Positions 37,599 to 48,071 of a stretch of 64,000 nucleotides of DNA are shown here, piece by piece. Under the pieces are notes generated by a model. The model was given only the letters and a program-made list of their open reading frames with translations. It was not told where the DNA came from and ran no database searches. This DNA comes from Planctomycetota bacterium (lineage in GTDB: Bacteria > Planctomycetota > Phycisphaerae > FEN-1346), in contig JAUVZF010000008.1 in the NCBI GenBank assembly GCA_030602705.1, positions 436 through 64,435 on the forward strand. Reading direction: 5' to 3'. The translations under genes and the position numbers were made by a program. How positions within the stretch are numbered: position 1 is the first letter of the stretch; the number at the start of each line of letters is the position of its first letter.

Positions 37599-38052
37599 AC
37601 TCAACGCACAGATCGCGGTCGAGCGAGAACAACTTGGCCGGTTGCTCCAACACCATTCTTCCCTGCTGCAGAAATGCACCCAGCAAGCGCCTGACGCCAT
37701 CGAGCGATCGGCTCTGGCGGCCATGCTCCACTCGTTCTACACCGGAGTTGAGAACATCTTCAAACGCGTCGCGATTGAGTGCGACGGCGAGGCGCCCGCC
37801 GGTGATACCTGGCATCGCGACCTTCTCGACGCCATGACCCTGCCGACGCCGCAACGGCCTGCGGTCATCTCGGAAGACCTCCGCAATGCATTGCGGAAAT
37901 ACCTCAACTTCCGGCACGTGTTCCGCCAGGCGTACTCGTTTGAACTGCAGTGGGAGAAGATGTCTCCCCTCGTCCTCGAGTGCGAACCAACCTGGCAGCG
38001 CCTCGACGCCGAACTTCAGGCCTTCACAAAGCGCCTGCAAGAGGGAGGATGA
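37588..38052 (+). CDS. HEPN (HepT-like) toxin
   Basis: LHSFYTGVENIFKRVA, WHRDLL, RPAVIS, FRHVFRQAY. Confidence 0.85.
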   Translation: MWDRLNAQIAVEREQLGRLLQHHSSLLQKCTQQAPDAIERSALAAMLHSFYTGVENIFKRVAIECDGEAPAGDTWHRDLLDAMTLPTPQRPAVISEDLRNALRKYLNFRHVFRQAYSFELQWEKMSPLVLECEPTWQRLDAELQAFTKRLQEGG

Positions 38053-38577
38053 ATGAGAATCCTCGGCATCGATCCCGGCCTTCAGCGAACCGGCTACGGC
38101 GTCATCGAACTGGCGTCGCCGGGGGGAGACACCGCCCCCGGAATCGCCGTCGGCGCACCGCGGCTCCTGGAGGCCGGCGTCATAAGCACCAACCGCGCCG
38201 ACGACCTCGCGGACCGGCTCGTCGAGATCCGCTCCGGCCTTGTAGCCGTCCTGGACGAGTTCAAGCCCGACGTGGTCGCCGTCGAGACGCTGTACTCGCA
38301 CTACAAGCATCCGCGGACGGCCATCCTGATGGGCCACGCGCGAGGCATCGTGCTGGCGGCGGCGGCGGAGGCCGGCGCCGGCGTCGTCAGTTACGCGGCC
38401 ACGAAGATCAAGAAGGCGCTCGTGGGCAGCGGTCACGCATCGAAGCAGCAGATGCAGCGGGCGATTCAGAGCGCCTTTCGCCTCCAGGAAACGCCTCACC
38501 CGCCGGACGTGGCCGACGCACTGGCCGTAGCCCTCTGCCACGCTCACCACGCCCCGCGGGCGGCACACATACGATGA
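38053..38577 (+). CDS. ruvC: Holliday junction resolvase
   Basis: ILGIDPG..TGYG, AVE, HARG, IKKALVGSGHASK, DVADALA. Confidence 0.96.
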   Translation: MRILGIDPGLQRTGYGVIELASPGGDTAPGIAVGAPRLLEAGVISTNRADDLADRLVEIRSGLVAVLDEFKPDVVAVETLYSHYKHPRTAILMGHARGIVLAAAAEAGAGVVSYAATKIKKALVGSGHASKQQMQRAIQSAFRLQETPHPPDVADALAVALCHAHHAPRAAHIR

Positions 38578-39203
38578 TCGCACGGATTTCCGGACAACTC
38601 GAATCGCTCGCCGACGACCGGGTGACCGTCGCCGCAGGGCCGGTCGCCTATGAGGTTCTGGTCGCGCCCGTCACGGCCGACGAACTGCGGCCGCTCCTCG
38701 GCCGGCAGGTCACGCTCCACACGCTCGAGTACTTCGACGGCAACCCGGCGTACGGTCAGATGGTGCCGCGGCTGATCGGTTTCCTCTCGGAAACCGAGCG
38801 CCGGTTCTTCGTCCGGTACGTCAGCGTCCAGGGGATCGGCATCGCCAAGGGCCTGCGGAGTTTGGTGATGCCTGTCGGCCGCATCGCCGAGTACATTGAA
38901 TCGCGCGATGCGGCAGCACTGTCGCAACTGCCCGGCATCGGCCGCCGCACCGCCGACAAGATCATCGCGGAACTGTGCGGCAAACTCGACGAGTTCGCCG
39001 TGGCGGTGGGCGGAGGGCGGGCCCTGCGCGAAGAACCCGAATCGAAACGCGAGGCCATCGCCGTGCTGATGAGTCTGGGTCTTGCGCGGCCGGAGGCCGT
39101 CGAACGCATCGATGCCGCCTATGAGCGCCTCGGCGAGGATGCAGGAGTCGAGCAACTCGTGCGCGAAGCGTTTCACCAGGGCCCGACCAGCGCCGAAGGA
39201 TAA
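38574..39203 (+). CDS. ruvA: Holliday junction branch migration protein
   Basis: MIARISGQL, VQGIG, LPGIGRRTADKIIAEL; lies between ruvC and ruvB. Confidence 0.93.
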   Translation: MIARISGQLESLADDRVTVAAGPVAYEVLVAPVTADELRPLLGRQVTLHTLEYFDGNPAYGQMVPRLIGFLSETERRFFVRYVSVQGIGIAKGLRSLVMPVGRIAEYIESRDAAALSQLPGIGRRTADKIIAELCGKLDEFAVAVGGGRALREEPESKREAIAVLMSLGLARPEAVERIDAAYERLGEDAGVEQLVREAFHQGPTSAEG

Positions 39204-39318
39204 TCCAAGCAATACTTAGCCCCGGTGAACACACCGGGGGCAGTGAGAAAGTACGAACGCATCGCCGGCGCCGACTCCGGAAATCGAAGCACACGCGGGG
39301 GAGAAGGAGGCTGTTACC

Positions 39319-39516
39319 ATGCGAAGCGACCTGATGCGCCGTATGGGCATGTCCGTGGGCCTTGGAGTGCTGGCCGCCTCCATCGCCATGGCGATTAGCC
39401 AGAGCAACGAGACGATCGGGTTTTTCGCCTTCGTGGGCGCCGCCCTGTTGGGCATCTCGATTCCCCCGATCGTCGAGCCGGGCAGAAAGGAGATGCGAGA
39501 CCCCGATGCCGCGTGA
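39319..39516 (+). CDS. Small two-TM hypothetical protein
   Basis: Strong AAGGAGG RBS, two hydrophobic segments, stop overlaps the ruvB start region. Confidence 0.5.
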   Translation: MRSDLMRRMGMSVGLGVLAASIAMAISQSNETIGFFAFVGAALLGISIPPIVEPGRKEMRDPDAA

Positions 39517-40570
39517 ACGCATCGTCAGCCCGGAATCCGCCGGCCCGGACGAAGAGGGATTCAGCCTGAGCCTGCGCCCCCGCCGCCTGGCAGAGGTCAT
39601 CGGCCAGCGCGACCTCAAGGAGAAACTCTCCATCGCGATTCAGGCGGCCAAGGCGCGCGGCGAGCCGCTGGAGCACATCCTCTTTCACGGGCCGCCAGGC
39701 CTCGGCAAGACCACCCTCGCCCACGTCGTTGCGGCCGAGATGGGCGCGGGTATCAAGACCACGAGCGGCCCGGCCCTGACGCGGCCGGCCGACCTGGTGG
39801 GCATCCTGACGAATCTTCAGGAGGGCGACGTCCTGTTCATCGACGAGGCCCACCGCCTGGGCCCCGTGGTCGAGGAGTTCCTCTACCCGGCGATGGAGGA
39901 GTTCCGCATCGACATCACGGTTGACCGCGGCTCGTTCGCGCGGACGATCAACGTGCCGCTTCAGCGGTTCACGCTCATCGGCGCAACGACGCGCGCCGGA
40001 TTCTTGAGCGCGCCGCTGCGGGAACGCTTCGGCATCTTCCACCACTTCGAGTTCTACCCCGAGCAGGACCTGCTCGAGATTGCCGCGCGCAGCGCCCACC
40101 TCCTCGCCGTTGAGGCCGACGCCGAATCGCTCGCCGAGATCGCCCGCCGCAGCCGCGGCACCCCGCGCATCTGTATCCGTCTCGTGCGCCGTGTCCGCGA
40201 CTACGCCCAGGTCAGGGGCGACGGCCGCATCACCTCCCCCATCGCCGCCGAGGCCCTCAAGATGGAGACCGTCGATACCAGCGGCCTCGACGAACTCGAC
40301 CGCAAGTTCCTCCGAGTCATCCTGGAGACGTACGGCGGCGGGCCCGCCGGCATCGAGACCATCGCCGCTACACTCAACGAGGAAGTCGATACGCTGGTCG
40401 ATATGGTGGAGCCGTACCTCTTGAAGATCGGCTACGTCGCCCGCACCCGCCAGGGCCGCACGGTTACGCCTGCGGCGTACGAACACCTGGGCGTTAGCGG
40501 CCCCCCGACGTCCCGAGGCAAATCGAAGAAGAAGCAGGCGACGGAAGCCGACCTGTTCGGCGAGGCCTGA
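39506..40570 (+). CDS. ruvB: Holliday junction branch migration helicase
   Basis: [38 protein letters not shown]. Confidence 0.96.
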   Translation: MPRERIVSPESAGPDEEGFSLSLRPRRLAEVIGQRDLKEKLSIAIQAAKARGEPLEHILFHGPPGLGKTTLAHVVAAEMGAGIKTTSGPALTRPADLVGILTNLQEGDVLFIDEAHRLGPVVEEFLYPAMEEFRIDITVDRGSFARTINVPLQRFTLIGATTRAGFLSAPLRERFGIFHHFEFYPEQDLLEIAARSAHLLAVEADAESLAEIARRSRGTPRICIRLVRRVRDYAQVRGDGRITSPIAAEALKMETVDTSGLDELDRKFLRVILETYGGGPAGIETIAATLNEEVDTLVDMVEPYLLKIGYVARTRQGRTVTPAAYEHLGVSGPPTSRGKSKKKQATEADLFGEA

Positions 40571-40661
40571 CCGTTAGCCGGCGACCTTGGTCGCCGCGCA
40601 CCAAGCGGCGCGCCGGGCCCATACGGGCCCATACGGGTCCGTACTGGGACGAGCCCGGCGG

Positions 40662-41804
40662 CTAACGCTGCCGCCGGCCGAACGGCCGATACAGCGGGTC
40701 GCCGACGAAGCACATCTGCCACGAGACCTGGGCCTGCGACATGTAGGTCGCCTCGCCCCACGAGTACCCGCGAAGGAGCCGGTCGATGAGGATATCGACC
40801 CGCGGCGTACCGGTCAGGAACGGCTCGTACACCGCCCCGGCCGTCACGCAGGCGCCGGCCACCAGCAGCGGGCCCACCCAGTGGGCCTTCGGGTCGCGGA
40901 TGTTGGCCCCGCTGAAACTCTGGAGGTGGTACGCCACGGCGCCGCGGTTGAACCGGAAGTCGCGCTTCGTCATCGGCCCGACCGCCCTGTCGGTATACCA
41001 GCCGAGATAGACCGCCGGGTCGGGCATCGGATGGTTCAGGGGAAAGACCTCCGGCCGCTTATCGACTTCGGCCGGAAACCCGGCGCGATCGAGCAGTCGG
41101 GCCGCATGGCGCAGGGCCTTGTCGCCGGAGGCGTAATTCCCCTTCGTCAGACCCCTGGTGTCGATGTAGGCGCGGCCTTTGAGACCGTTGGCCTCGGCCC
41201 AGACGGCATCGTCAACGAGGCGCCGGGCGATGGCCGGTGTCGGCCCGTCCAGGCGCGAGACCAGGATCATCTGCGTGTCGAACGGCGGGCCGAACGGCAC
41301 GGCGGCGCCGAAATACGGGTTCGGCAGGCTGCCCACCAGTTTGTGCTTGCGCCCGGGCAACAGCGCCAGTTCCGAGTCTACCGCCGCCGCACGAGACATG
41401 TACATCGTCTTCACGTCCTCGTAACCGGTCACCTTGACGGGAACGCCGTAGACGGGCACGAGGTACTTGGGCCGGCGCCGGTCGAGTTCCAGTTGCACCG
41501 TGCCGTCGGGCAGGGCCACCTCCAGCCGCCCTCCCCAGTGGGCCAGGAACTCCAGCAGCGGCCGCCACAGCGTCGCGTCGAACTGCTCGCGTGTGATCGC
41601 CTCGGCGGCCGGCGCCTTGACCACGCACAGGTTCTGCCGCGGGATGCCGCGCGCCGCCATGTAATGACGCGCCACGTCCAGACCCTCGGGAACCGTCTCG
41701 GACGCCACGACGACCGTCCGGGCCGCATCGGGATGAGCCGCCCGAAGAACCTGTGCCGTCCCGAGCAGCAAGGCTGCCAGGGCGATCAAGGCGGCTCTAG
41801 GCAT
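40662..41804 (-). CDS. TIGR03790 family protein
   Basis: Signal peptide; ARHYMAARGIP, AAVDSEL, VSRLDGP, YLGWY, GAVAYH..SFS, GAVYEPFL, SWQM..VGDPLYRPF. Confidence 0.82.
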   Translation of the reverse strand: MPRAALIALAALLLGTAQVLRAAHPDAARTVVVASETVPEGLDVARHYMAARGIPRQNLCVVKAPAAEAITREQFDATLWRPLLEFLAHWGGRLEVALPDGTVQLELDRRRPKYLVPVYGVPVKVTGYEDVKTMYMSRAAAVDSELALLPGRKHKLVGSLPNPYFGAAVPFGPPFDTQMILVSRLDGPTPAIARRLVDDAVWAEANGLKGRAYIDTRGLTKGNYASGDKALRHAARLLDRAGFPAEVDKRPEVFPLNHPMPDPAVYLGWYTDRAVGPMTKRDFRFNRGAVAYHLQSFSGANIRDPKAHWVGPLLVAGACVTAGAVYEPFLTGTPRVDILIDRLLRGYSWGEATYMSQAQVSWQMCFVGDPLYRPFGRRQR

Positions 41805-41892
41805 AGGTGCTCCCACGAGACACTGCCGGCCAATCGGGGCAAGAACGCGGCCCGTACGGGCCGTGGCACATGCACGTCTCGACGGCACGCCT

Positions 41893-42318
41893 TCAGACGG
41901 TAAAGCCGAAGCCGGCCGTGCCCGGTCCGGCCACCTGGTCCAGCACGTGGTCCTCGACGAAGATGGGCGTGTCGTTCGCCACCGCCAGTGCAATGGCGTC
42001 GGACGGCCGCGAATCGATCAGGATCTCGTCGCCGTTGCGCTCGACGACCAGGCTGGCGTAGAACGTGTGGTCCTTCAGGTCGGTCACGATGATCCTGGCC
42101 AGGCGCCCGCCCATCTGCTCGATGACCGACGCCAGCAGGTCGTGCGTCATCGGCCGGGGCAGCATGTGGCCCTTGATGCGCCGGTCGATGGCGGCGGCCT
42201 CGAAGAAGCCGATGACGATCGGGAACACCCGCTCGCCGTCCGTCTCCTTGAGGACAATGACCTGGCCGTCCTCGGTTTCGCTGATCATAATCCGAATCAG
42301 TTGGCAGCGAATCTGCAT
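41893..42318 (-). CDS. Bifunctional nuclease (DUF151) family
   Basis: FPIVIGFFEA, RPMTHDLL, DSRPSDAIALA. Confidence 0.92.
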   Translation of the reverse strand: MQIRCQLIRIMISETEDGQVIVLKETDGERVFPIVIGFFEAAAIDRRIKGHMLPRPMTHDLLASVIEQMGGRLARIIVTDLKDHTFYASLVVERNGDEILIDSRPSDAIALAVANDTPIFVEDHVLDQVAGPGTAGFGFTV

Positions 42319-42460
42319 CGGACGTTCCTTGCCATGATACTCCAACCATTCTACCGCGCCGCGGCGGCAGGGCAAGTCGCGAAAACGCGGGTACGTGCCG
42401 CGCGCCCAAGCGCTCAGGCCGGGAGAAGATGTCCCCGACCTCCCGGTCGGGGCTCGGCAA

Positions 42461-45295
42461 CTAGCCCAACTCGGCGGCGCGCTTCTGGAGCGCGTCGATG
42501 GCGGCGCGGGTCTCCTCGGCCAGGGCGCGCTGGTGCTCGACCACCTCGGCCGGCGCCCGCTCGGTGAACTTCGTGTTCGCGAGTTTCTTCTCGGCGCCGG
42601 CGAGCAGACGTTTCTTGTCCGCGATCTCCCTGGCAACGCGCTGCCGTTCCTGCTCGACCTTTTCCTGGGGCATCGGCACGTACACGCTGCCTCCGAGCGA
42701 CGCCACGTAATGCGACGCGCACACCTGCCCGTCGGCCGGCGCCTCGCCGATGTGCACCTCGGTCACGCCCGCCAGTTGGCCGTAATCGGCAAATGTGGCG
42801 GCGATCAACTCTTCCTGGCCGCCGGGCTCGGGGAAATACGCCGGCGCCGCCGAGGCCGACTGGCCGCTTTCGGCCTTGGCCCGCCGCACGCCGTCGATGA
42901 GGTCACGCCGCAACTCGAACGCCTGCTCGGCCTCTTCATCGAGTAGCGCGTCGCAGGCGTCAGGCCACGCGGCGGCAATCAATCGCTCGGAGGGCGGCGC
43001 TTCGGCCAAGCGGGCCAGGCTCCGGTCCGCCACGGTCGCGTTCAGCCCTTCCCATGCGGCCTCGGTGATGAACGGCATGAACGGGTGCAACATCCGCAGC
43101 GCCCGGTCGAGTACGAACGCCAGGACCCGCTGCGCCGTGCCGCGCTGGTGCGCGTCGGCCATGCGCGGCTTGACGGCCTCGAGGTACCAGTCGCACAAAT
43201 CGTGCCAGAAGTAATCGTACAGGGCCATGACCGACGCCTGAAAGTGGAACGCTTCGAGTTCCACCTGGACCTTGCGTCCGATGTACTCGGTCCGCGAGAG
43301 GATCCAGCGGTCTTCCAGGCGCATCGCCGCAGCGTCGAACTCGGCCTCGGCCGCGCCGTCCAGATTCATCAGGGCGAAGCGGACGGCGTTCCAGAGTTTG
43401 TTGCAGAAGTTGCGGCCCATGTCGAACTTCGGCGACGTGTTGCGGCCGGTCTCCGGGTCCATCTCGACGGGCATGCGCACGTCCTGCGTCTCGGTCGTCA
43501 TGTATGCCAGCGTGAACCGCAGGGCATCGGCCCCGTGCGTTGCGATGACCTTGAGCGGGTCCACGCCGTTGCCGAGGCTCTTCTGCATCCGCCGGCCCTG
43601 CCCGTCCTGGATCATCGCATGGATGTAGACATCGCGGAACGGGACCTTCCGCTTGGGGTCGTCCGAATCGACCGGGTTGATGTACAGGCCCATCATCACC
43701 ATCCTGGCGACCCACAGGGTGACGATCTCGCGGGCCGTTATGAGAACGTCGGTCGGGTAAAACACCTTCAGGTCGTCCGTCGGCTCCGGCCAGCCGAGGG
43801 TCGAGAACGGCCAGAGGGCGGAGGAGAACCAGGTGTCGAGCACGTCGGGGTCGCGCTCCAGCGTATGGCCGCGCACGGCGTCGGGCGCGAGGTCTGCCGG
43901 CGAGCAGATCAACCAGCCGCCCCGCGACTCGTCCTCGCGCCACGCCACGTCGTCGCGGTCGGCAAACGCCTCCTTCAAGTCCTGCTCGGAGCACGTCGCG
44001 CAACTCCAGATCGGAATCTGGTGGCCCCACCACAGTTGCCGGCTTATGCACCAGTCGCGTTTCTGGCTGAGCCAGTCGAGGTACGTCCGGGCGTACCGTT
44101 CGGGGTGGAAGCGCAGGTGGCCGTCGCGCACGGCCTCCATCGCCCGCTCCGCGAGGAGCGCCATCCGGACAAACCACTGCTCCGACAGGTACGGCTCGAT
44201 GGGCGTCTTGGAGCGGTCGGAGTGGCCGATCTCGGTCTCGTACGGCTCGATGCTTTCCATGAGGCCCTGGGCCTCGAGGTCCTCGACGACTTTCACCCGG
44301 GCCTCGAACCGGTCGAGCCCCTCGTACGGTCCGCCGTTTTCATTGATGCGGCCGTCGGGCGTCAGGATGTTGATCATCTCCAGGTCGTGCCGCAGGCCTA
44401 CCTCGTAGTCGTTCGGGTCGTGGGCGGGCGTGACCTTGACGCACCCCGAGCCGAACTCCGGGTCCACCAGTTGCCCGTCGGCGATGACCGGCAGTTGGCG
44501 GTCAAGCAGCGGCAGGATGACGGTCTTGCCGATGAGTCCCGAGTACCGCTCGTCGTTCGGATGGACGGCCACGGCGGTGTCGCCGAGCATCGTTTCGGGC
44601 CGCGTGGTCGCGACGGTGACGAACTCGCCCGGCTGATCCTTAATGGGGTACTTGATGTGCCACATGTGCCCCGCCACCGTCTCGTGGTACACCTCGTCGT
44701 CGGCGACGGCGGTCTGAAGGTGAGTGTCCCAGTTCACCAGGCGGAGGCCGCGATAGATGAGTCCGTCGCAGAACATCTTGTAGAAGGCCGTGCGGACGGC
44801 GCGGGCGCACGTCTCATCGAGTGTGAACCGGGTGCGTGTCCAGTCGCAGGAGCATCCGATTCGCCGCAGTTGATTCAGGATGATGTCGCCGCTGCGCTCG
44901 CGCCAGGCCCATATTCGCCGCACGAGTTCGTCGCGGCCGACGTCGCGGCGGGTCTTGCCTTCCTCCTCAAACATCCGCCGCTCGACCACCGCCTGCGTGG
45001 CGATGCCGGCGTGGTCGGTGCCGGGAAGCCAGAGCGTCTTGCGGCCCTGCATGCGGCGCCAGCGGATGAGGATGTCCTGGAGGGCGTTGTTCAGCGCGTG
45101 ACCCAGGTGCAGCCGGTCCGTAACGTTCGGCGGCGGAATGACGATGGTGAAGGGTTCTTTCGGCGCCTTGGCGTCGGGCTCGAAGAACCCGCCCTCTTCC
45201 CACGCGCGGTAGATGCGGTCCTCGACCGACGCGGGGTCGTAGACTTTCGGCAGCGCGCCGGCGCCGGCCCTCTCGTCACTGGTCCCTGCTGACAC
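42461..45295 (-). CDS. valS: Valine--tRNA ligase
   Basis: PPPNVT..HLGH, ATTRPET, DWCISRQLWWGH, DTWFSS, RMQKS (KMSKS variant), C-terminal coiled coil; GTG after GGAGG. Confidence 0.96.
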   Translation of the reverse strand: MSAGTSDERAGAGALPKVYDPASVEDRIYRAWEEGGFFEPDAKAPKEPFTIVIPPPNVTDRLHLGHALNNALQDILIRWRRMQGRKTLWLPGTDHAGIATQAVVERRMFEEEGKTRRDVGRDELVRRIWAWRERSGDIILNQLRRIGCSCDWTRTRFTLDETCARAVRTAFYKMFCDGLIYRGLRLVNWDTHLQTAVADDEVYHETVAGHMWHIKYPIKDQPGEFVTVATTRPETMLGDTAVAVHPNDERYSGLIGKTVILPLLDRQLPVIADGQLVDPEFGSGCVKVTPAHDPNDYEVGLRHDLEMINILTPDGRINENGGPYEGLDRFEARVKVVEDLEAQGLMESIEPYETEIGHSDRSKTPIEPYLSEQWFVRMALLAERAMEAVRDGHLRFHPERYARTYLDWLSQKRDWCISRQLWWGHQIPIWSCATCSEQDLKEAFADRDDVAWREDESRGGWLICSPADLAPDAVRGHTLERDPDVLDTWFSSALWPFSTLGWPEPTDDLKVFYPTDVLITAREIVTLWVARMVMMGLYINPVDSDDPKRKVPFRDVYIHAMIQDGQGRRMQKSLGNGVDPLKVIATHGADALRFTLAYMTTETQDVRMPVEMDPETGRNTSPKFDMGRNFCNKLWNAVRFALMNLDGAAEAEFDAAAMRLEDRWILSRTEYIGRKVQVELEAFHFQASVMALYDYFWHDLCDWYLEAVKPRMADAHQRGTAQRVLAFVLDRALRMLHPFMPFITEAAWEGLNATVADRSLARLAEAPPSERLIAAAWPDACDALLDEEAEQAFELRRDLIDGVRRAKAESGQSASAAPAYFPEPGGQEELIAATFADYGQLAGVTEVHIGEAPADGQVCASHYVASLGGSVYVPMPQEKVEQERQRVAREIADKKRLLAGAEKKLANTKFTERAPAEVVEHQRALAEETRAAIDALQKRAAELG

Positions 45296-45322
45296 GCTGT
45301 GCTCCCTCCGCGTTTTTGCATG

Positions 45323-45457
45323 ACGCGCCGCGCAAGCGCGGCGGCTAACACGTCGGTAGTGATGCACTCATTACGCGCCGCGCAAGCGCGGCGGCTAACA
45401 CGTCGGTGGTGATGCACTCATTACGCGCCGCGCAAGCGCGGCGGCTAACACGTCGGT
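45323..45457. repeat. Tandem array of family C units, 50-bp period, 3 cores
   Basis: ACGCGCCGCGCAAGCGCGGCGGCTAACACGTCGGT at 45323, 45373 and 45423; linkers RGTGATGCACTCATT. Confidence 0.92.
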
Positions 45458-45462
45458 GTTCC

Positions 45463-47022
45463 CTATTCCCGATCTTTCGTGAGTTTGTAAGCGATGCTGT
45501 CGACAAGCGCTTGCCAGGAGGCATCGATAATGTTCTCCGAGACGCCGACCGTGCCCCAGTGCTCGTCGCGGTCTCTGGACTCGATAACGACGCGCACGCT
45601 GGCGGCCGTGCCGGCGCCCGAGTTGATGACCCGGACCTTGTAGTCCGTGAGGTTCATCTCGGCAAGGTTCGGGAAGGCCGGATGCAGGGCCTTGCGCAGT
45701 GCGGCGTCGAGGGCGTTGACGGGGCCGTCGCCCTCTGCCACGGTGTGCTGCCACTCACCGGCCACCTTGAGTTTGACGGTCGCCTCGGTGACGGCCTCGC
45801 GGTGCTCGTCCTTCTTGATAACGACGTTGTAGTGGTCGAGTTCAAAGAACGGTTCGGCGAGCCCGGCCAGCCGCCGCACGAGCAGGGCAAAGGAGGCCTC
45901 GGCCGACTCGAACTGGTAGCCGGCGTTCTCGAGGCGCTGGACCTCGTCGAGGACCTTCTTCTGAAGTTCGGCGTCCTCTTCGAACCGCGTGCCGGCGACC
46001 TTTGCGAGGATCGTTCCGCGGCCCGAAAGTTCGCTCACAAGGATCCTCCGCGTGTTCCCCACCAGCGCCGGGTCCACGTGCTCGTAGGAGCCCCGCTGCC
46101 GCGCGACGGCCGCCACGTGCATCCCGCCCTTGTGCGCGAACGCTCCGGGGCCGACGTACGGCTGTCCGGGCACCATCAGCATGTTCGCCAAGTCGTAGAC
46201 GAAGCGCGAGGCATCGGTCAGTTTCGCCAGGCCCGTGGGGCCGAGGCACTCGGCGCCCATCTTCAGTTCCAGGTCGGGCGCCACCGCACACAGGTCCGCG
46301 TTGCCGCAACGTTCGCCTAAACCGTTGATGGTGCCCTGGACCTGGGTGCACCCTGCGCGCACGGCCGCGAGCGTGTTGGCCACCGCCAGCCCGGAGTCGT
46401 TGTGGCAGTGGATGGCGAGCGACCCGCCGACCTCGCGGACGACCGCCGCCACGGTTGCCTCGATCTCCTCCGGCAGGCACCCGCCGTTCGTATCGCACAG
46501 GACGAGCCAGTCGGCCCCCGCTTCCAGTGCCGCACGCAGCACGCGCATGGCGTACTCGCCGTCGGCCTTGTATCCGTCGAAGAAATGCTCTGCGTCGAAG
46601 AAGACGGTGCGGCCGGTGGCTTTGAGAAACGCGACCGAATCGCGGACCATCGCCAGGTTCTCCGCGAGGTTGGTCCGCAGAACCTTCGTCACGTGGAAGT
46701 CCCACGCCTTGCCGACAACGGCCACCGCCTCGGTCTTGGTGGCAAGGAGGCCCTGAAGTGTGGCGTCTTCGCCCGGCTCGACGCCGACGCGCCGCGTCAT
46801 GCCGAAGGCGACCGGCACGGCACGGGCGAGCGGTTCACTTGCCAGGGCGTCGAAGACCGCCTCGTCCTTGGGGTTCGAGACAGGGTACCCCGCTTCGATA
46901 TAATCGACGCCGAGATCGTCGAGACGGCGGGCGATGTCGATCTTGTCGTGGAGGCTGAAACTGATGCCCTCGCCCTGTGTGCCGTCGCGCAACGTCGTGT
47001 CGTAAACGGTTATTGTTTTCAT
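45463..47022 (-). CDS. cimA: Citramalate synthase
   Basis: [63 protein letters not shown]. Confidence 0.9.
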   Translation of the reverse strand: MKTITVYDTTLRDGTQGEGISFSLHDKIDIARRLDDLGVDYIEAGYPVSNPKDEAVFDALASEPLARAVPVAFGMTRRVGVEPGEDATLQGLLATKTEAVAVVGKAWDFHVTKVLRTNLAENLAMVRDSVAFLKATGRTVFFDAEHFFDGYKADGEYAMRVLRAALEAGADWLVLCDTNGGCLPEEIEATVAAVVREVGGSLAIHCHNDSGLAVANTLAAVRAGCTQVQGTINGLGERCGNADLCAVAPDLELKMGAECLGPTGLAKLTDASRFVYDLANMLMVPGQPYVGPGAFAHKGGMHVAAVARQRGSYEHVDPALVGNTRRILVSELSGRGTILAKVAGTRFEEDAELQKKVLDEVQRLENAGYQFESAEASFALLVRRLAGLAEPFFELDHYNVVIKKDEHREAVTEATVKLKVAGEWQHTVAEGDGPVNALDAALRKALHPAFPNLAEMNLTDYKVRVINSGAGTAASVRVVIESRDRDEHWGTVGVSENIIDASWQALVDSIAYKLTKDRE

Positions 47023-47098
47023 GGCTTGCGCCTCGTCTGCTGTGTGCATCCTCGGGCCGAGGACGCCAGATTGCCGTGTCCGACCCGTCTGACGCCAC

Positions 47099-47128
47099 AA
47101 AAAAACCCGGAGCCGTCGGCCCCGGGTC
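47099..47128 (-). terminator. Intrinsic terminator in the cimA leader (attenuator)
   Basis: Minus strand ACCCGGGGCC-GAC-GGCTCCGGGT followed by a T run, ~75 nt before the cimA ATG. Confidence 0.8.
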
Positions 47129-47148
47129 CGTCACTGGCTTGGCCGCGT

Positions 47149-47259
47149 CTAGCCCCGGGGCCCTCCTGCCGCTACGACGACCACGACAATACCGGCGCGT
47201 GCGGCACCCGGAGCCCCGGCGAGGCGTGTTTCGCTGCCTCGATGTCCGTGTGCCGACAC
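47149..47259 (-). CDS. Ile/Val-rich leader peptide (36 aa)
   Basis: AAGGAGG RBS, GTG start, ends ..AGIVVVVVAAGGPRG*, ~20 nt before the terminator. Confidence 0.72.
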   Translation of the reverse strand: MSAHGHRGSETRLAGAPGAARAGIVVVVVAAGGPRG

Positions 47260-47324
47260 GCAACGTCCTCCTTGCGGCGGGTCGCCCGGCCGCACTGGCC
47301 GACCGGACGCAGATGACGCGTCAA

Positions 47325-47352
47325 AGTATACCATCGGCTCGGAGCAGGTCAA
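47325..47352 (-). promoter_or_regulatory. Sigma70-type promoter of leader-cimA
   Basis: TTGACC-N16-TATACT with TG extension. Confidence 0.6.
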
Positions 47353-47387
47353 ACGTTTATTGAATCCCCCCGCCGCCCGGCGGTCCG

Positions 47388-48071
47388 TCAGCGGTTCTTC
47401 GCGTACTTGACGCTGCAACCGTACGGCCTTGTCTCGGGCTGCGAGACGGGCTTGCCGGTCAGGATCTCTTCCAGCGCCTGGGCGGCGTAGTTGAGGGGCT
47501 CTTCCTTGTTGCCCCCGGGGTCGTTGTCGATGGCCCCCTGGTAGGCGAGCGTGCCGTCGGGCGCCTTGATGAAGATGTGCGGCGTGGTCTTGGCGCCGTA
47601 GATTCTGCCGACCTTCCCCTCATGGTCATCGAGGATCGGATACGGCACTTTGTACTTCTCGGCCGCCTGCTTGTTGCGTTCGACGGTCCAATAATTGGTG
47701 CTGTTGATGGCGAGCCAGACGACCTTCTGTTTCTTTCCGCGTTTCCTTCTGCTCGGCGGTTGCGGCTGTGTCTGAGCGGGTTTCGCGCCTGGGACACCGT
47801 ACTTGTACTTCTTGCAGAGTTCCCTGAAGGTGCCCTTTTCGTAGTGCCGCCGCGAGAACGGGCAGTCGAAGTTCACCCACTCGAGCACGACGACCTGGCC
47901 GCGGAACTGCGACATCATCACCTTGTTCCCGTCCTGGTCGAGGAGTGTGAAGGCGAACGCCTTCTTGACCTCCTCCTTCTCGGTCGGTTTCTCCGCCGCC
48001 GGCGACCATCTGGCAACGATCGCCGCCACGCCAACAGCCGCAACGAGAACGATCAGCAGGGATTTCCGCAT
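47388..48071 (-). CDS. Redoxin (AhpC/TSA-like) secreted protein
   Basis: FTLLDQDG, LEWVNFDCPF, YGAKTTPHIF, YQGAID, PYGCSVKY. Confidence 0.88.
   Translation of the reverse strand: MRKSLLIVLVAAVGVAAIVARWSPAAEKPTEKEEVKKAFAFTLLDQDGNKVMMSQFRGQVVVLEWVNFDCPFSRRHYEKGTFRELCKKYKYGVPGAKPAQTQPQPPSRRKRGKKQKVVWLAINSTNYWTVERNKQAAEKYKVPYPILDDHEGKVGRIYGAKTTPHIFIKAPDGTLAYQGAIDNDPGGNKEEPLNYAAQALEEILTGKPVSQPETRPYGCSVKYAKNR

Noticed and set aside
36463-38052. Integron cassette array
   Set aside because: The repeats lack RYYYAAC..GTTRRRY boxes and there is no integrase.
43085-45292. Long antisense or alternate-frame ORFs (also 5184-7151, 17443-19467, 27788-29587, 51083-53317, 61106-62797)
   Set aside because: Shadow ORFs of real genes, caused by high GC3 and few stops; no recognisable motifs.
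45323-45457. CRISPR array
   Set aside because: The 15-bp linkers are nearly identical, the core recurs as a dispersed repeat at 944, and no cas genes are present.
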